A DNA stretch of 64,000 nucleotides from Candidatus Omnitrophota bacterium (GCA_030650425.1 JAUSED010000003.1:7903-71902); one strand, 5' to 3'; shown: positions 12,054 to 21,274, numbered from the stretch's first letter. Made by a program: numbers and translations. Notes: generated by a model not told the origin, from the letters alone.

Positions 12054-13427
12054 ATGAAAACCAAGGTAATCATTGAATTATCAGAGCGTTGGCTTAAGGT
12101 CGCGGTTGGCCGTAGGCTAGCCGTAGAGGCGGTAACCAGCAGCGACCCGGCGAGCTTAGCCGGTTCCATCAGCGCGATCCTGAAACAGAACAGGTGCGGG
12201 AAGGATGTGGAAGTCCTTGTAGTCTTATCCCGCAACAAGATCACTGTCCGGCGCGTAGACCTGCCTTCGCAAGACCCCAAAGAAATAGAGCAGATGCTTG
12301 GGCTCTATCTTATCCGTCAGATTCCTTATCGCAAAGAAGAGGTTTTCTGGGCCTACCAGAATTTAGGCTTTGACGGAATAAGTAACAGCCACATACTGCT
12401 GGCTATCGCGTTAAAGAATATGTTCAAGGATATTGTTAATTCATTCCTCCCTCTGAATTTGCTCCCCGAATCTATTCTAATGAGTTCGCAAGGGTTGATC
12501 CACTATATAAACGACGCGGTCAAGGAAAAAAGTATTTTACAGGCGCCCTATTTAGTCCTGGATATAGATGCTAATTACAGTGAGTTGATCCTAGTGAGCA
12601 AGCAGAAATTAAATTCCAGCGTAGTCATCGCGCAAGGGGTAGAGCAGCTCAAGAATGATCAGGAAAAAGAGAGGTTTATCGTTGAGCTTAAACAAGCCTT
12701 GGTCGCCTTGAACAGCGAAGCTCCTGACGCCCGGGTTGAAAGATTATTCTTAAGCGGCGCCTCTGAAGAACACTTGGTTCTGGTCGAGGGAGCCTTGGCC
12801 AGAGATACCAGCATCAAAGCGCAGTATGTATCTAACAAGGATTATGATAATTTCGGTTCGGGCCGGCCTAAAGATGTTTCCATGTCAGCGGTGCTGGGAT
12901 TTGCCTCTCAGGTAGCTAAGGATGACATAAAGTTTATCCTTCCCGAGCTGCAGATAAAGAAAGAGATGCAAGCCAAGGCCCGGCAGCTGATGATTTTAGG
13001 GGTAAGCCTTGTCTATATATTGATCATGCTGGTAGCGATTGCCCTGGTAAGGCTGGCGCAGAAACAATCTTATGCCACTGACCTTAAGGCTAAAGTAAAG
13101 AGTTTGTCCAAGAATACGCAGGAGCTGGAGGATATCGTCAATAAACTCAAAGTAGCCAAACAGTATGTCGACCCCAAGGCCTCGGCGCTTACGGCGCTTT
13201 ATGAGCTTACCCGGCTTTGCCCCGAGGGTATAACGATTACCAACTTTAACTGGGAGTGGCAGAAGAGCTTTTCTTTTAGAGGCTACGCGCAGCAGATACC
13301 GGATATTTTGGCTTTTACCAATACCTTAGGTAATTCCGAATATTTTAAAGGCGCGCAAAACCGTTATACCCGCAGGCGGAATGTCAAAGATAAAGAAATA
13401 GTTGATTTTGAGATTGTGGTAAAATGA
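12054..13427 (+). CDS. PilM-like actin-fold protein fused to a PilN-like TM and periplasmic segment.
   Basis: N-terminal ~300 aa cytoplasmic domain, an internal TM helix LMILGVSLVYILIMLVAIALV, and a C-terminal periplasmic coiled coil. Confidence 0.55.
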   Translation: MKTKVIIELSERWLKVAVGRRLAVEAVTSSDPASLAGSISAILKQNRCGKDVEVLVVLSRNKITVRRVDLPSQDPKEIEQMLGLYLIRQIPYRKEEVFWAYQNLGFDGISNSHILLAIALKNMFKDIVNSFLPLNLLPESILMSSQGLIHYINDAVKEKSILQAPYLVLDIDANYSELILVSKQKLNSSVVIAQGVEQLKNDQEKERFIVELKQALVALNSEAPDARVERLFLSGASEEHLVLVEGALARDTSIKAQYVSNKDYDNFGSGRPKDVSMSAVLGFASQVAKDDIKFILPELQIKKEMQAKARQLMILGVSLVYILIMLVAIALVRLAQKQSYATDLKAKVKSLSKNTQELEDIVNKLKVAKQYVDPKASALTALYELTRLCPEGITITNFNWEWQKSFSFRGYAQQIPDILAFTNTLGNSEYFKGAQNRYTRRRNVKDKEIVDFEIVVK

Positions 13428-13954
13428 TAAAATTAAATAATAAAGAGAAGATATTAGCCGCAGCAGTAGGTTTAATCATGGCCCTTTTTATGCTTAAAAC
13501 CTTCGTCTTCGGGCCGATCTATGAAAAAATCTCCGGCTATGATCAGGAGATCGAGCAGTCGAAGATGGCCATCCGTAAATTTATGGCCTTTGAACATAAC
13601 CGGCCCGAGATACTTAAAGCGCAGAAAAAGATCGAAGGATATTCGAGCCTTAAGGGTTCTGACGAAGATAAAAGCGCGATGGTGATGAGCAAGGTTGAGG
13701 CGCTTGGCCGCAACGCTAAGCTGCAGATTTCAGATATGAGCCCGGCCGGTTCCGCCAAGATAAAGGGAGGAGCGACGATTTACCGGATACAGTTACGCGG
13801 AGAGGCCCAGATGAAAAATATTTTGGATTTTATGTCGGAGGTTGAAAATGCCAATACCCTCTTACAGATTGAGAAGATAACCTTGGCGATTAAAGATGAA
13901 TCGAGCAACGTGTTGAAGATGGAAGTGACTGTGCTGGGGGTGTCATTTTCATAA
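13424..13954 (+). CDS. PilO/GspM-like bitopic pilus assembly protein.
   Basis: N-terminal TM helix plus a periplasmic domain. Start overlaps the previous stop (ATGA). Call rests on context. Confidence 0.45.
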   Translation: MIKLNNKEKILAAAVGLIMALFMLKTFVFGPIYEKISGYDQEIEQSKMAIRKFMAFEHNRPEILKAQKKIEGYSSLKGSDEDKSAMVMSKVEALGRNAKLQISDMSPAGSAKIKGGATIYRIQLRGEAQMKNILDFMSEVENANTLLQIEKITLAIKDESSNVLKMEVTVLGVSFS

Positions 13955-13966
13955 CTAACCGCTAAC

Positions 13967-14041
13967 CGAAACTGTTTCCAATTTGTGAGGGAAACTGTTT
14001 CCATTCCAAAGCGGAAACTGTTTCCGAGTCAATCGGGAAAC
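13967..14041. repeat. REP array 4: three units at 13967, 13990 and 14013, plus a degenerate fourth at 14036.
   Basis: 23-nt phasing. Linkers are aatttgtgag, attccaaagc and gagtcaatcg. Confidence 0.85.
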
Positions 14042-14061
14042 GGGGCATAAGGAGGAGATCG

Positions 14062-14457
14062 ATGAAAAGAGGGTTTACCTTAATCGAATTGATGCTCGTC
14101 GTGATTATTATCGGCGTTCTGTCGGCAATGGTCGTGCCGCGGCTTGCCGGGCGCTCGGAGCAGGCGCGCGCGCAGGCGGCCAAGACAGATATTAATTCCA
14201 GCATTCCTTTAGCGCTTGACCTCTATGAAATGGATATGGGTAAGTATCCGGAGAGCCTTGATTATTTGAAGACCAGGCCGGCAGACGGGGACAGCTGGCG
14301 CGGCCCGTATTTGAAAAAAAAGCCGCTTGACCCTTGGGGAAAATCATATATTTACAAGGCTCCGGGTGAGCATAATCAGGATGGGTATGATCTTTCTTCC
14401 TCAGGCCCTGATGGCCAGCCGGCCACAGCGGATGATATTACGAACTGGAGCGAGTAG
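14062..14457 (+). CDS. Major pseudopilin (GspG/PulG-like) with a prepilin N-terminal methylation motif.
   Basis: N-terminus MKRGFTLIELMLVVIIIGVLSAMVVP, and a C-terminal WRGPYLKKKPLDPWGKSYIY typical of GspG. Confidence 0.85.
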   Translation: MKRGFTLIELMLVVIIIGVLSAMVVPRLAGRSEQARAQAAKTDINSSIPLALDLYEMDMGKYPESLDYLKTRPADGDSWRGPYLKKKPLDPWGKSYIYKAPGEHNQDGYDLSSSGPDGQPATADDITNWSE

Positions 14458-14458
14458 C

Positions 14459-14863
14459 TTGAAAGGTTTCACTTTGGTCGAGGTGATGATCAGCGTGGCT
14501 ATCCTCGGGATCGGCCTTTCGATCGTCGCTAATTCGTATTTGGTCTGCCTGCGGGGGATCAATGCCAGCCAGAATAATATTCAGGCGCAGCTTCTGGCAA
14601 AAGCAAAACTGGATGAGCTGGAAGCCTTAAGTATTACGCGCAACGGGCTTACCTCTTTTTCCGAGCAGAATGTTATGCGATCATCCGGCAGGGATTATAA
14701 TTACAACCTGAAGATTACAGAGATAGCCAGCCCTGAATATATCGCTAAGCACTTTCTGCAAGCCTGTTTGAGCTATAGCTGGCAGGAGCAGAATGCCTCT
14801 AAAAGCGTTGCCTTTTCCACCTATTTCCCCAAACATGAAGAAGAAAAGCCTAAAAGCATTTAG
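14459..14863 (+). CDS. Minor pseudopilin (GspH/I-like).
   Basis: Prepilin motif KGFTLVEVMISVAILGIGLS. A TTG start at 14459 is needed to include the cleavage motif; the track start 14327 lies inside the previous gene. Confidence 0.65.
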   Translation: MKGFTLVEVMISVAILGIGLSIVANSYLVCLRGINASQNNIQAQLLAKAKLDELEALSITRNGLTSFSEQNVMRSSGRDYNYNLKITEIASPEYIAKHFLQACLSYSWQEQNASKSVAFSTYFPKHEEEKPKSI

Positions 14864-15404
14864 CCTGGTAGAGCTGCTTATCGCCTTATCCATCTTCGCC
14901 GTGGTGAGTATCGCCATTTATTCCACTTTTAATTCGGGCTTTAAGGTATTACACAAAGTTAAAGACATTGACCTTGCCCAGCAAAGTTTTATCTTTAAAG
15001 TAGAGAGGCTTGCTAAAGAGTTAAGGCAGGCAACTCATTTACGTAAACTTTTGTTGACCGGCGCTAAAACAAGCGTAAGTTTTGGGGGGATTGTTGATGA
15101 TCAGCCCTCCCGCGTAACTTATTATTTCGATAAATCATCCCAGAATTTTATACGGCAAGCCGATCATCTGGCGGATATTATTACTGACGAGAAAAAGATT
15201 GACCCGGAGTTGAAATCCAAAGGGGCAGTTTTCTTAAAAAAGGTTAACGAAATTAAATTTGCGTACTTATACCGTGATTTGAAGAAAAACATTTACGCCT
15301 GGGCCGAGGAATGGAAAGAGGATTTTCTTCCCTTGGCAATACAGGTAACTATCTCTACCGATAAACAAAACTATGTTACGACCATCTTCTTGCCCACAGC
15401 CTAA
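14835..15404 (+). CDS. Minor pseudopilin (GspJ-like).
   Basis: N-terminus KAFSLVELLIALSIFAVVSIAIYS. ATG 14835 is preferred over the track start 14793. Confidence 0.6.
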   Translation: MKKKSLKAFSLVELLIALSIFAVVSIAIYSTFNSGFKVLHKVKDIDLAQQSFIFKVERLAKELRQATHLRKLLLTGAKTSVSFGGIVDDQPSRVTYYFDKSSQNFIRQADHLADIITDEKKIDPELKSKGAVFLKKVNEIKFAYLYRDLKKNIYAWAEEWKEDFLPLAIQVTISTDKQNYVTTIFLPTA

Positions 15405-16290
15405 TCAAGGAAGCATACTGATCATCTGTCTTTGGACAGTGGTGATGCTTGCCATTTTAGGTATGGGGCTCACCGGGCTGGTATTTCAGGAAATAAAATC
15501 ATCCGTCATTATTTCCCGGTTGTACGGTTCTCTGCCTACGGCGGAAGCAGCCTTAAAATCGGTCTTATACGAAAGAGTTGAGGACCTGACTCCAACATAC
15601 GATACAATGGAGGAGTTAACGAGGGAGAATAACGTTGCTCTTTGCGGCACCAACTCCTATAAATATTATTTTACAGACAAGAAAGTGAATAAAGATTCCG
15701 TGGAGATTATCGACGAGAGCGCGCTAATCAACCTTAATACCGCCTCGTTAGATGTACTAAAGAGGCTTCCGGGAATGGATGAAGATTTAGCGGACAAGCT
15801 GGCTAATTTGGGGTTAAGGCCCTACATCTCCATTAACGAAGTTCTATTGGCAGAGGGGATGACGGTTGATAAATTCCGGCTTTTTAAAGATATGGTAACT
15901 GTTTACGGTAACGGTAAAGTAAATATTAATACCGTGAGCAAGGCTGTATTGGTCTGTCTTGGTTTAGACGAGGAATTAGCCGATAAGATCCTGCGTTTTC
16001 GCAAAGAGCATAAAATCGATCCGCCGAAAGATGATCAAGGCAATCCTATTATTAAAGAAGATGAATACGGCTTTTCTAGTGTTGCTTCGATGATCGCTGA
16101 GATGAATAGTTCTCTGGGGTTAAGCCTGCGTCAGGAACAGGATCTTATATCCGCGCAGAGTTATCTCTCCGTAAAATCAGAATACCTCAGGCTAAACATA
16201 ATCCCTCAAATCAATCACAAAGACGGCACCCGTTATTCAGCGGTCGTTCAACCTTCGACAAAAAAAATTCTTTCTTGGAAAGAGTATTAG
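15373..16290 (+). CDS. GspK-like pseudopilin with an internal helix-hairpin-helix segment.
   Basis: N-terminal hydrophobic segment ILIICLWTVVMLAILGMGLTG, and an HhH-like LNTASLDVLKRLPGM...LADKLANLG as in GspK/ComEA. Confidence 0.55.
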   Translation: MLRPSSCPQPNQGSILIICLWTVVMLAILGMGLTGLVFQEIKSSVIISRLYGSLPTAEAALKSVLYERVEDLTPTYDTMEELTRENNVALCGTNSYKYYFTDKKVNKDSVEIIDESALINLNTASLDVLKRLPGMDEDLADKLANLGLRPYISINEVLLAEGMTVDKFRLFKDMVTVYGNGKVNINTVSKAVLVCLGLDEELADKILRFRKEHKIDPPKDDQGNPIIKEDEYGFSSVASMIAEMNSSLGLSLRQEQDLISAQSYLSVKSEYLRLNIIPQINHKDGTRYSAVVQPSTKKILSWKEY

Positions 16291-16294
16291 AGGT

Positions 16295-16717
16295 TTATTG
16301 CAGGCTTTCTTTATTGGCAATAGCTTTTTCTATTTCCGATAAAACCGTTTTCATATCGAAGGGTTTGATCAGATAACCTACCACCCCAAGCTTGTAAGCC
16401 CTCTTGATATCCACCAGATCGCTTAAACCGGACATAATGATTATAGGCGTAGCTTGCGATTCCGGGTCATTGTTTAATATGCGGCAGATTTCGAATCCGT
16501 CTAAATCAGGCATGAGCAGGTCGAGGAGGATCAGGTCGGGTTGGAAGTGCTTAATTGATTTGATAAGTTCTTTGGGGTCTTTGGAGCCCATGACTTCGTA
16601 ACCTTTGGAAGTCAAGAAATCACTGAGCATTGAGAGTACATCTTCTTGATTATCTGCAACAAAAATTTTCTTTTTGGGCATCAAATTTAGTATAACTATA
16701 TTTTTATTCTTAGTCAA
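16295..16717 (-). CDS. Single-domain CheY-like response regulator.
   Basis: Phospho-acceptor context LILLDLLMPDLDG, and lysine motif YLIKPF. Confidence 0.85.
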   Translation of the reverse strand: MTKNKNIVILNLMPKKKIFVADNQEDVLSMLSDFLTSKGYEVMGSKDPKELIKSIKHFQPDLILLDLLMPDLDGFEICRILNNDPESQATPIIIMSGLSDLVDIKRAYKLGVVGYLIKPFDMKTVLSEIEKAIANKESLQ

Positions 16718-16724
16718 TAAAAAT

Positions 16725-16760
16725 AAAGGGGACGGTTGGGACGGTTGTCCCCTTTATTTT
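16725..16760. terminator. Strong GC stem-loop aaaggggacggttgggacggttgtcccctttatttt, lying between divergent gene starts.
   Basis: 9-bp GGGGAC stem flanked by an A-run and a T-run, so it is symmetric. It sits upstream of both 16717(-) and 16780(+), which is odd for a terminator. Confidence 0.4.
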
Positions 16761-16779
16761 TGTATGATATAATTAAATT

Positions 16780-18399
16780 ATGATTGAACGATTACGAATT
16801 CCCATGCCACTGCGAAAATCGCCTAAAGTTACTGCTGGAGGCAATTTTCTTGATATTGAAGTTATTTGTTGGGTTATGCTCTTGCTAACTTTGTCAGTGG
16901 TGTTGATCGTGAGGCTGAGGCTGTTGGGGATTCCCCTTGAGCGGGATGAGGGAGAATACGCCTATCTCGGCCAGCTTTTATTGCAGGGCGTGCCTCCTTA
17001 TAAGCTCGCTTATAGTATGAAGCTTCCCGGCGCGTGCGCTGTTTACGCTTTGTTGATGGCGGTATTCGGGGAGACGATCAAGGGCATTCATTTAGGGTTC
17101 TTAATTATTAATTTCGCTTCAATTGCCTTAATATTTTTTATAGCTAAAAGATTATCCGGCACTCTAGCCGGAATTATTTCCGCAGCTGCTTACGCTGTTT
17201 TATCTGTTAGTCAATCAGTCCTCGGAGTCCAGGCGCATGCCACGCATTTAATAGTCTTGGCAGCCCTCTGCGGATCAATCTTACTTTTAAAAGCAGTTGA
17301 AAATGATCGAAAGAGTTTAATTTTCTTGAGCGGTTTATTTTTTGGGCTGGCCTTTCTGATGAAACAACAGGGAATATTTTTTATCCCCTTCGGCATCTTT
17401 TATCTTTCCTGGGCTTGCAAGAAACGATCTGTTTTAGCGGCTAATTTGATGGTTTATAGCTTGGGAGCGGCGTTACCTTTTGCACTAACCTGTTTAGTTC
17501 TTTTTTTTGCCGGCGTTTTCGATAAATTTTGGTTTTGGACGTTTCAATATGCATCCGGGTATTCTTCCGGCGCTCACGTTTATTTGGCGTTTCAAATTTT
17601 CAAAGCCCAATTGCTGGGGGCGATCAAACCATTTAAGCCGGTATGGTATATCGCGGCCGCGGGTTCTTTGTGCCTTTTTATCGACGCTAAAGTTAGAAAG
17701 AATATCTTTTTTGTCGCGGCTCTGTTGATTAGTTCTTTTCTGGCTCTCTGCCCGGGATTTATCTTCCGTGAGCATTATTTTGTGATGATATTGCCGGTAG
17801 TTTCTATATTATGCGGTATGTGCGTAAATTCGGCTGTTGAATTTATCAAGAATCGAAAATATCCGGCAGCTTTTCAATCCTTTCCGGTGATCATCTTTAC
17901 CGTTATTTTGGCGCTTTCTGTTTTTCAACAGAGGGATTACTTTTTTACAGCAACTCCGGAGAGGGTATCGCGGAAGGCTTACGCTGAAAATCCTTTTATC
18001 GAGTCCATCAGTATAGGAAATTACCTAAAAGCGCATTCATCTCCGGAGGATACGATCGCGGTATTGGGCTCAGAGCCCCAGATATATTTTTACGCGCGCA
18101 GGCGTTCGGCAACCGGCTATATTTATGCCTATCCTTTAATGGAAAACCAGCCTTATGCCTTAAAGATGCAGGAGGAGATGATTAGAGAAATCGAATTTCA
18201 AAAACCCCTCTACTTAGTTTTTGTCAAGGTTAACACTTCTTGGCTGCGGCACGGAGGTTCAGAAAATTTTATCTTCAGATGGGCCCAAAATTATATTACC
18301 GAGCATTACGATATTGCCGGGGCAACCTTTATTTCTAAGCAACCTTTTTCCTCTGTATTGGTCTATAAGCGAAAGGCGGAAACAGTTTCCAATTTGTGA
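16780..18399 (+). CDS. Polytopic membrane glycosyltransferase of the GT39/GT83 family (PMT/ArnT-like).
   Basis: About 12 TM helices in the N-terminal two-thirds and a soluble C-terminal domain. The last six codons and the stop (ETVSNL*) are supplied by REP array 5. Confidence 0.55.
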   Translation: MIERLRIPMPLRKSPKVTAGGNFLDIEVICWVMLLLTLSVVLIVRLRLLGIPLERDEGEYAYLGQLLLQGVPPYKLAYSMKLPGACAVYALLMAVFGETIKGIHLGFLIINFASIALIFFIAKRLSGTLAGIISAAAYAVLSVSQSVLGVQAHATHLIVLAALCGSILLLKAVENDRKSLIFLSGLFFGLAFLMKQQGIFFIPFGIFYLSWACKKRSVLAANLMVYSLGAALPFALTCLVLFFAGVFDKFWFWTFQYASGYSSGAHVYLAFQIFKAQLLGAIKPFKPVWYIAAAGSLCLFIDAKVRKNIFFVAALLISSFLALCPGFIFREHYFVMILPVVSILCGMCVNSAVEFIKNRKYPAAFQSFPVIIFTVILALSVFQQRDYFFTATPERVSRKAYAENPFIESISIGNYLKAHSSPEDTIAVLGSEPQIYFYARRRSATGYIYAYPLMENQPYALKMQEEMIREIEFQKPLYLVFVKVNTSWLRHGGSENFIFRWAQNYITEHYDIAGATFISKQPFSSVLVYKRKAETVSNL

Positions 18400-18459
18400 A
18401 GGAAACTGTTTCCATTCCGTGAAGGAAACTGTTTCCAGCCCAATTGGGAAACTGTCCCC
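18378..18459. repeat. REP array 5: three units at 18378, 18401 and 18424, plus a degenerate unit GGAAACTGTCCCC at 18447-18459 abutting the RAYT stop.
   Basis: 23-nt phasing. Linkers are aatttgtgaa, attccgtgaa and agcccaattg. Confidence 0.9.
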
Positions 18460-18941
18460 TAGAGCACGAGTTTATCTAGTAAAGCAAAATTATTTAAATA
18501 GGCTAGATTCCTTTCTGGATAACTGCTGAATTCATACTCTTTCATATTTTTGACTAAATTAGCCCGGATTGGATTCTGTTCTACATAAGCAATACAGTCT
18601 ATTAGGTATTGATCTCTAGCTATTACCTTTGCCTTGAATCTACCCTGCCACAAATGGCCTACCTTATTATATTTTTTGTTATAGTAAGCAGTGTATGATC
18701 GATGTAGGCCTTGCATAAAACTAGGAAGTTTACTCGGGTTTTTAGGCTCACCTATAATATGAATATGGTTTGGCATTAGGCAGTAACCGTACAGAAGCAG
18801 GGAGTGTTTTCTTTTGTAAAGCCTTAATTGGTGAAGATAAAATTCAAAATCTTCTTTACTTTTGAATATTAGTTGTTTTTGATTGCCTCTCGCATAGATA
18901 TGATAGCAGGCATTATTGATAAGTAATCGTGTTTTAGCCAT
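18459..18941 (-). CDS. REP-associated tyrosine transposase (RAYT, IS200/IS605-like Y1 HUH family).
   Basis: HUH motif CLMPNHIHII, catalytic Tyr region IAYVEQNPIRANLV, and GHLWQGRFK. At about 160 aa it is the typical size. Start set at ATG 18941, which has an AAGGAGG RBS 5 nt upstream on the minus strand. Confidence 0.8.
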   Translation of the reverse strand: MAKTRLLINNACYHIYARGNQKQLIFKSKEDFEFYLHQLRLYKRKHSLLLYGYCLMPNHIHIIGEPKNPSKLPSFMQGLHRSYTAYYNKKYNKVGHLWQGRFKAKVIARDQYLIDCIAYVEQNPIRANLVKNMKEYEFSSYPERNLAYLNNFALLDKLVL

Positions 18942-18954
18942 TTTTCCTCCTTTT

Positions 18955-19036
18955 AAGTCCACTTTCCCGATTGGCTCGGAAACAGTTTCCGCTTTGAGAT
19001 GGAAACAGTTTCCCGATTAGGATGGAAACTGTTTCC
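18955..19036. repeat. REP array 6: a degenerate unit at 18955 (gtccactttccc), then units at 18978, 19001 and 19024.
   Basis: 23-nt phasing. Linkers are cgattggctc, gctttgagat and cgattaggat. Confidence 0.9.
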
Positions 19037-19039
19037 ATA

Positions 19040-20566
19040 TTATAATCTCCTGTCTAGGCTTCTGTATTGCACTGCCTCTGAAATATGCTCAGCCAGAATA
19101 ACTTCCGACCCGGCTAGATCCGCGATAGTCCTGGAGATTTTAAGAATTTTATCAAATGCCCGGCCGGAAAATCCTAATTCCGTCATCGCTATTTTTAACA
19201 ATTCTTTTGCTTCATCTTCGAGGCCGCAATATTTTTTGATTAATTTGATGTTCATCCTTGCGTTATAAAAAATTCCGTCATTGGCAAAGCGCCTGTTTTG
19301 GATGGCGCGCGCTTTTTCTACCCTTGTTTTAATCACGGTTGAAGACTCGGCATCCTTTGTATCGACGAGCTCTTGATATTTTATGGAAGGCAGCTCGATA
19401 TGGATATCTATTCTGTCTAATAATGGCCCGGATATTTTACCCATATATCCGGCTATCTTATGCGGATTACAGCGGCAGGCGCGATAAGGGTCAGTGTAAT
19501 AGCCGCAGGGACAGGGATTCATCGCAGCGACTAAAACAAAAGAAGCAGGAAAGATAAGAGATTTGAATATGCGCGATACGCGTATGCAGCCGTCTTCCAA
19601 CGGTTGACGCAAGGCTTCAAGGCAGTCGCGCCGGAATTCCGGAAGTTCATCCAGAAAAAGCACGCCTTGATGCGCTAAGCTAATTTCTCCCGGAACAGGT
19701 ATGGAGCCGCCTCCGACCATAGCTATAGTGGAGATGGTGTGGTGAAGGGAGCGGAATGGCCGGGTGATCATAATTCCGTCTTTATTGAGCAGGGTTCCGG
19801 CCACCGAATGTATTTTACTTACTTCTAATGTCTCTTGCAGAGTCAGGTCTGGCATAATCGTGGGGATTCTTTTAGCGAGCATAGTTTTGCCGCTCCCCGG
19901 CGGCCCAATCATCAGGATGTTGTGGCCTCCAGCTACAGCTATCTCTAAAGCTCTTTTCGCCAGAAATTGCCCTTTGACTTCCGAGAAGTCCAGACCATAA
20001 CAATCCTTACTTTGGTATAGACTGAACAGATCTGGTTTAGAAGGCTTAAAGCCGGCGGGATTATTTAAGAACTCAACAGTTGCGCGCAGCGTTTTAAGCG
20101 CGAAGACAGAGACTCCGGGTACGATAGCCGCTTCCTTAGCGTTTTGCTCGGGGGTAATCAGCGAGCCAAAGCCGGATTTCAGGGTAGCCATCGCTATCGG
20201 GAGCATCCCCCGCACCGGCCTAAGCGTTCCGTCCAAAGAGAGTTCTCCCAAGACAAAATATCCGGATAACCCGCAGCTATTTATCTGCTCGGTTGCCGCC
20301 AGTATCCCTAAGGCAATCCCGAGGTCGAAACAAGCGCCTTCTTTTTTGATTCCTGACGGCGCAAGGCTGATGGTCACCCTTTCCGATGGCCAATTAAACC
20401 CAGAGTTTTTGATCGCTGACTTCACCCGTTCCTTGCTTTCTTTTACCGCGGAATCCGGCAGCCCGACTACATTTACTGCTGGCAGGCCTCTACAGACATC
20501 TACTTCGATCTCCACAGGGTATGCCTCTATGCCCTGTAATCCAAAACTTAATACTTTAGCTAGCAT
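19040..20566 (-). CDS. comM: Mg-chelatase-like AAA+ ATPase ComM/YifB.
   Basis: N-terminal LAKVLSFGLQGIEAYPVEIEVDV (Lon-like domain), Walker A GPPGSGKTMLAKR, and a C-terminal ChlI-type domain. Confidence 0.85.
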   Translation of the reverse strand: MLAKVLSFGLQGIEAYPVEIEVDVCRGLPAVNVVGLPDSAVKESKERVKSAIKNSGFNWPSERVTISLAPSGIKKEGACFDLGIALGILAATEQINSCGLSGYFVLGELSLDGTLRPVRGMLPIAMATLKSGFGSLITPEQNAKEAAIVPGVSVFALKTLRATVEFLNNPAGFKPSKPDLFSLYQSKDCYGLDFSEVKGQFLAKRALEIAVAGGHNILMIGPPGSGKTMLAKRIPTIMPDLTLQETLEVSKIHSVAGTLLNKDGIMITRPFRSLHHTISTIAMVGGGSIPVPGEISLAHQGVLFLDELPEFRRDCLEALRQPLEDGCIRVSRIFKSLIFPASFVLVAAMNPCPCGYYTDPYRACRCNPHKIAGYMGKISGPLLDRIDIHIELPSIKYQELVDTKDAESSTVIKTRVEKARAIQNRRFANDGIFYNARMNIKLIKKYCGLEDEAKELLKIAMTELGFSGRAFDKILKISRTIADLAGSEVILAEHISEAVQYRSLDRRL

Positions 20567-20641
20567 ATTTACCTCCTCTAAGCTAATAGACGTAAGAAGG
20601 ATGTAAATCTAACGAAAATAATTGGATAGTTTTGACAAAAA

Positions 20642-20672
20642 AGGTGACAGCCACAAAATACGTGACTGTCAC
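20642..20672. repeat. Family-3 palindromic element ggtgacagCcac-aaaatac-gtgactgtcacc, flanked by an A-run and a T-run.
   Basis: Same architecture as the 54756-54796 element inside comEC. It sits between divergent gene starts. Confidence 0.6.
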
Positions 20673-20695
20673 CTTTTTCCGGAGATGAGAAAAGG

Positions 20696-20723
20696 CTTGC
20701 AATTTAAGGGCCTGATTATATAA
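20696..20723 (+). promoter_or_regulatory. Sigma70-like promoter TTGCAA-16-TATAAT for the 20733 gene.
   Basis: The -10 hexamer ends 9 nt before the ATG, which implies a near-leaderless transcript. Confidence 0.4.
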
Positions 20724-20732
20724 TATGCCATT

Positions 20733-21269
20733 ATGAGCAAAAGAATGCTCCTCAATATCTTTATTTTGCTCTTAGCGAGTTGCTCTATTTTCTTCGCCTT
20801 AAGGCATTTTTTTGCCTTAAAAGAGAATATCCTATTTTTGAGGGATAAACTCGCTACACTGGAAGACCAGAAGCAAAAACTCTTGCAGGAGCTAGAGAAA
20901 GAAAAAAATACTCTCCAGCAGCCTAATGCCAAAAACGCCGAGCTAAGGGCTTATCTCAAAAGCGCTCAAAATAGATTGAATGAGTCTTTTGAAACCTTAA
21001 GCAAAGCAGAAGAGAAGATTGATAAGCTTGGAGCGCAATTTTCCATACTTAAGGCGGAAAATAGCGCGCTTTTAGAAGATCGAGAAAAACTTACTAAAGA
21101 GATTGAGGCGATCAGAATAAGGTTAAATTCCGCGGATGAGCTTAAGAGAGCGCTGCGGAAGCTTAAGAAAGAAGAGCCAATAGAGAGTAACCGCGGTTTC
21201 TTGATTAAGGGCGGCCAACCGACTTCAACCGCAAAGATTCAAATAGAAGTTATACCTACCCCAAGGTAA
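20733..21269 (+). CDS. Hypothetical membrane-anchored coiled-coil protein.
   Basis: N-terminal TM helix, then heptad-rich LEDQKQKLLQELEKEKNTLQQ-like sequence. Confidence 0.45.
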   Translation: MSKRMLLNIFILLLASCSIFFALRHFFALKENILFLRDKLATLEDQKQKLLQELEKEKNTLQQPNAKNAELRAYLKSAQNRLNESFETLSKAEEKIDKLGAQFSILKAENSALLEDREKLTKEIEAIRIRLNSADELKRALRKLKKEEPIESNRGFLIKGGQPTSTAKIQIEVIPTPR

Positions 21270-21274
21270 TCATA

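Larger units (their letters stand above)
18378..19036 (-). mobile_element. REP-RAYT unit: a tyrosine HUH transposase gene bracketed by inverted REP arrays and inverted terminal half-sites.
   Basis: Left end ...cccaattgGGAAACTGTCCCC. Right end, reverse-complemented, ...gccaatcgGGAAAGTGGAC. The two are an imperfect inverted repeat. Confidence 0.7.

Noticed and set aside
18459-18941. Calling the transposase an ordinary IS200/IS605 insertion sequence
   Set aside because: It is single, has no TnpB partner, and is flanked by the same palindromes that are dispersed as arrays through the region. That pattern is specific to REP-associated (RAYT) transposases rather than to autonomous IS200 elements.
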